In this document: one piece after another, positions 63,166 to 64,000 of the stretch
Numbering within the stretch: the stretch's first letter is position 1
Layout of the letters: every line of letters begins with the position of its first letter
Source of the DNA: the human T2T-CHM13v2.0 reference genome, Homo sapiens
DNA: 64,000 nt
Direction: 5' to 3' (one strand)
NCBI RefSeq assembly: GCF_009914755.1
Contig: NC_060927.1
Notes under the pieces: generated by a model
Told to the model about the DNA's origin: nothing
Seen by the model: only the letters and a program-made list of their open reading frames with translations
The model's database searches: none
Program-made: the position numbers and the translations under genes

Positions 63166-64000
63166 AGTCTATTACTGCTATATTTTTGACACTTAACATT
63201 CCTTGTCAGTTAAGAAACTACTTATTATTCAAGTGTTTTAGTGTATTTCTCATTTGAAATTAAAATTTCTGCAATTTTAACTAAAATCCTCGAGAAAAGA
63301 TAAATTTTTCTGGCTAAGAAGGCCTGATCTATAAAGTATAAAAATGTGCATGCTAACCCCAAATATAGCAAATGCTAAGATTTTTTCATGTGAAAAGAAA
63401 AAATAATAATAATAATTTATATGATTTTATGAGGCATTCCTTATCTTGCCCCTAGACAGTGACAGAGGAAAGTGACTCTTGGCTCAGCTGGCTGAATGGT
63501 CATCCTGCACATGATTGCCGGGTAAGGTGACCTCAGTTATTCTGAGTTTACTATCATGAATCCTGGGCTTCTTGCCACTAAGACTACCTCTGAAACATAT
63601 TCTTGAATTTCCCTTACACACACTTTGCTAACAGGAATAATAAAGAAGTAGCCATTTATGTTTATACATTTATGTTCATTTGTGGCACACATCTGGAACT
63701 AGTACGTCTTTAAAGGTCCCTTCAACTGACCCCTTGCATCAAAGCCCTTTCTCAAAGCTAATCATTACAGCCAAATTTAGTGGTTATATATTAAAACGTG
63801 AAAAAGCATTTTGATAAGAGTTATAGGGTTGGCAAAAAAAATCTAATGAAACCATGGAGATACAAAAATAGCAATGTAGAAACATAAAGCTTTAAGTTAT
63901 TTTAAATTTCAGAGAGCTCAATTTAGCTCAACCAAAGCAGAAAAGAATATGAAATGATAATAAAGAAACAGAAATCACAAATCACTTTTGGGAAGTTTTT

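Overview
AT-rich primate (most likely human) genomic DNA, intergenic or deep-intronic, dominated by transposable elements. I find no convincing host protein-coding gene, tRNA, rRNA or CRISPR array; essentially every ORF in the track comes from Alu, L1, MaLR or Tigger1 sequence or from low-complexity tracts. Main elements: (1) a near full-length L1PA4-like LINE-1 on the minus strand (8707-14877) inserted into an L2, with dead ORF1/ORF2 but an intact antisense ORF0 extended to 174 codons, the 129-bp ZNF93-target segment retained and the 5' YY1 site lost; (2) a full-length L1PB1-like element (39990-46582, minus); (3) a two-LTR THE1 MaLR element with DUX4-type motifs in both LTRs; (4) a nested stack in which an old L1 carries a Tigger1 (itself carrying MLT2A and LTR22 insertions) plus an MLT1C; (5) nine Alus, including an AluY with a triplicated 76-bp internal segment; (6) several solo LTRs, MIR/L2 fragments and STRs. 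Subfamily names come from my recollection of consensus sequences, not from a RepeatMasker run. I cannot support a claim of a new biological system. The best leads are the read-through ORF0, the Alu-internal tandem repeat, and a hypothetical TE-promoter-driven plus-strand spliced transcript.
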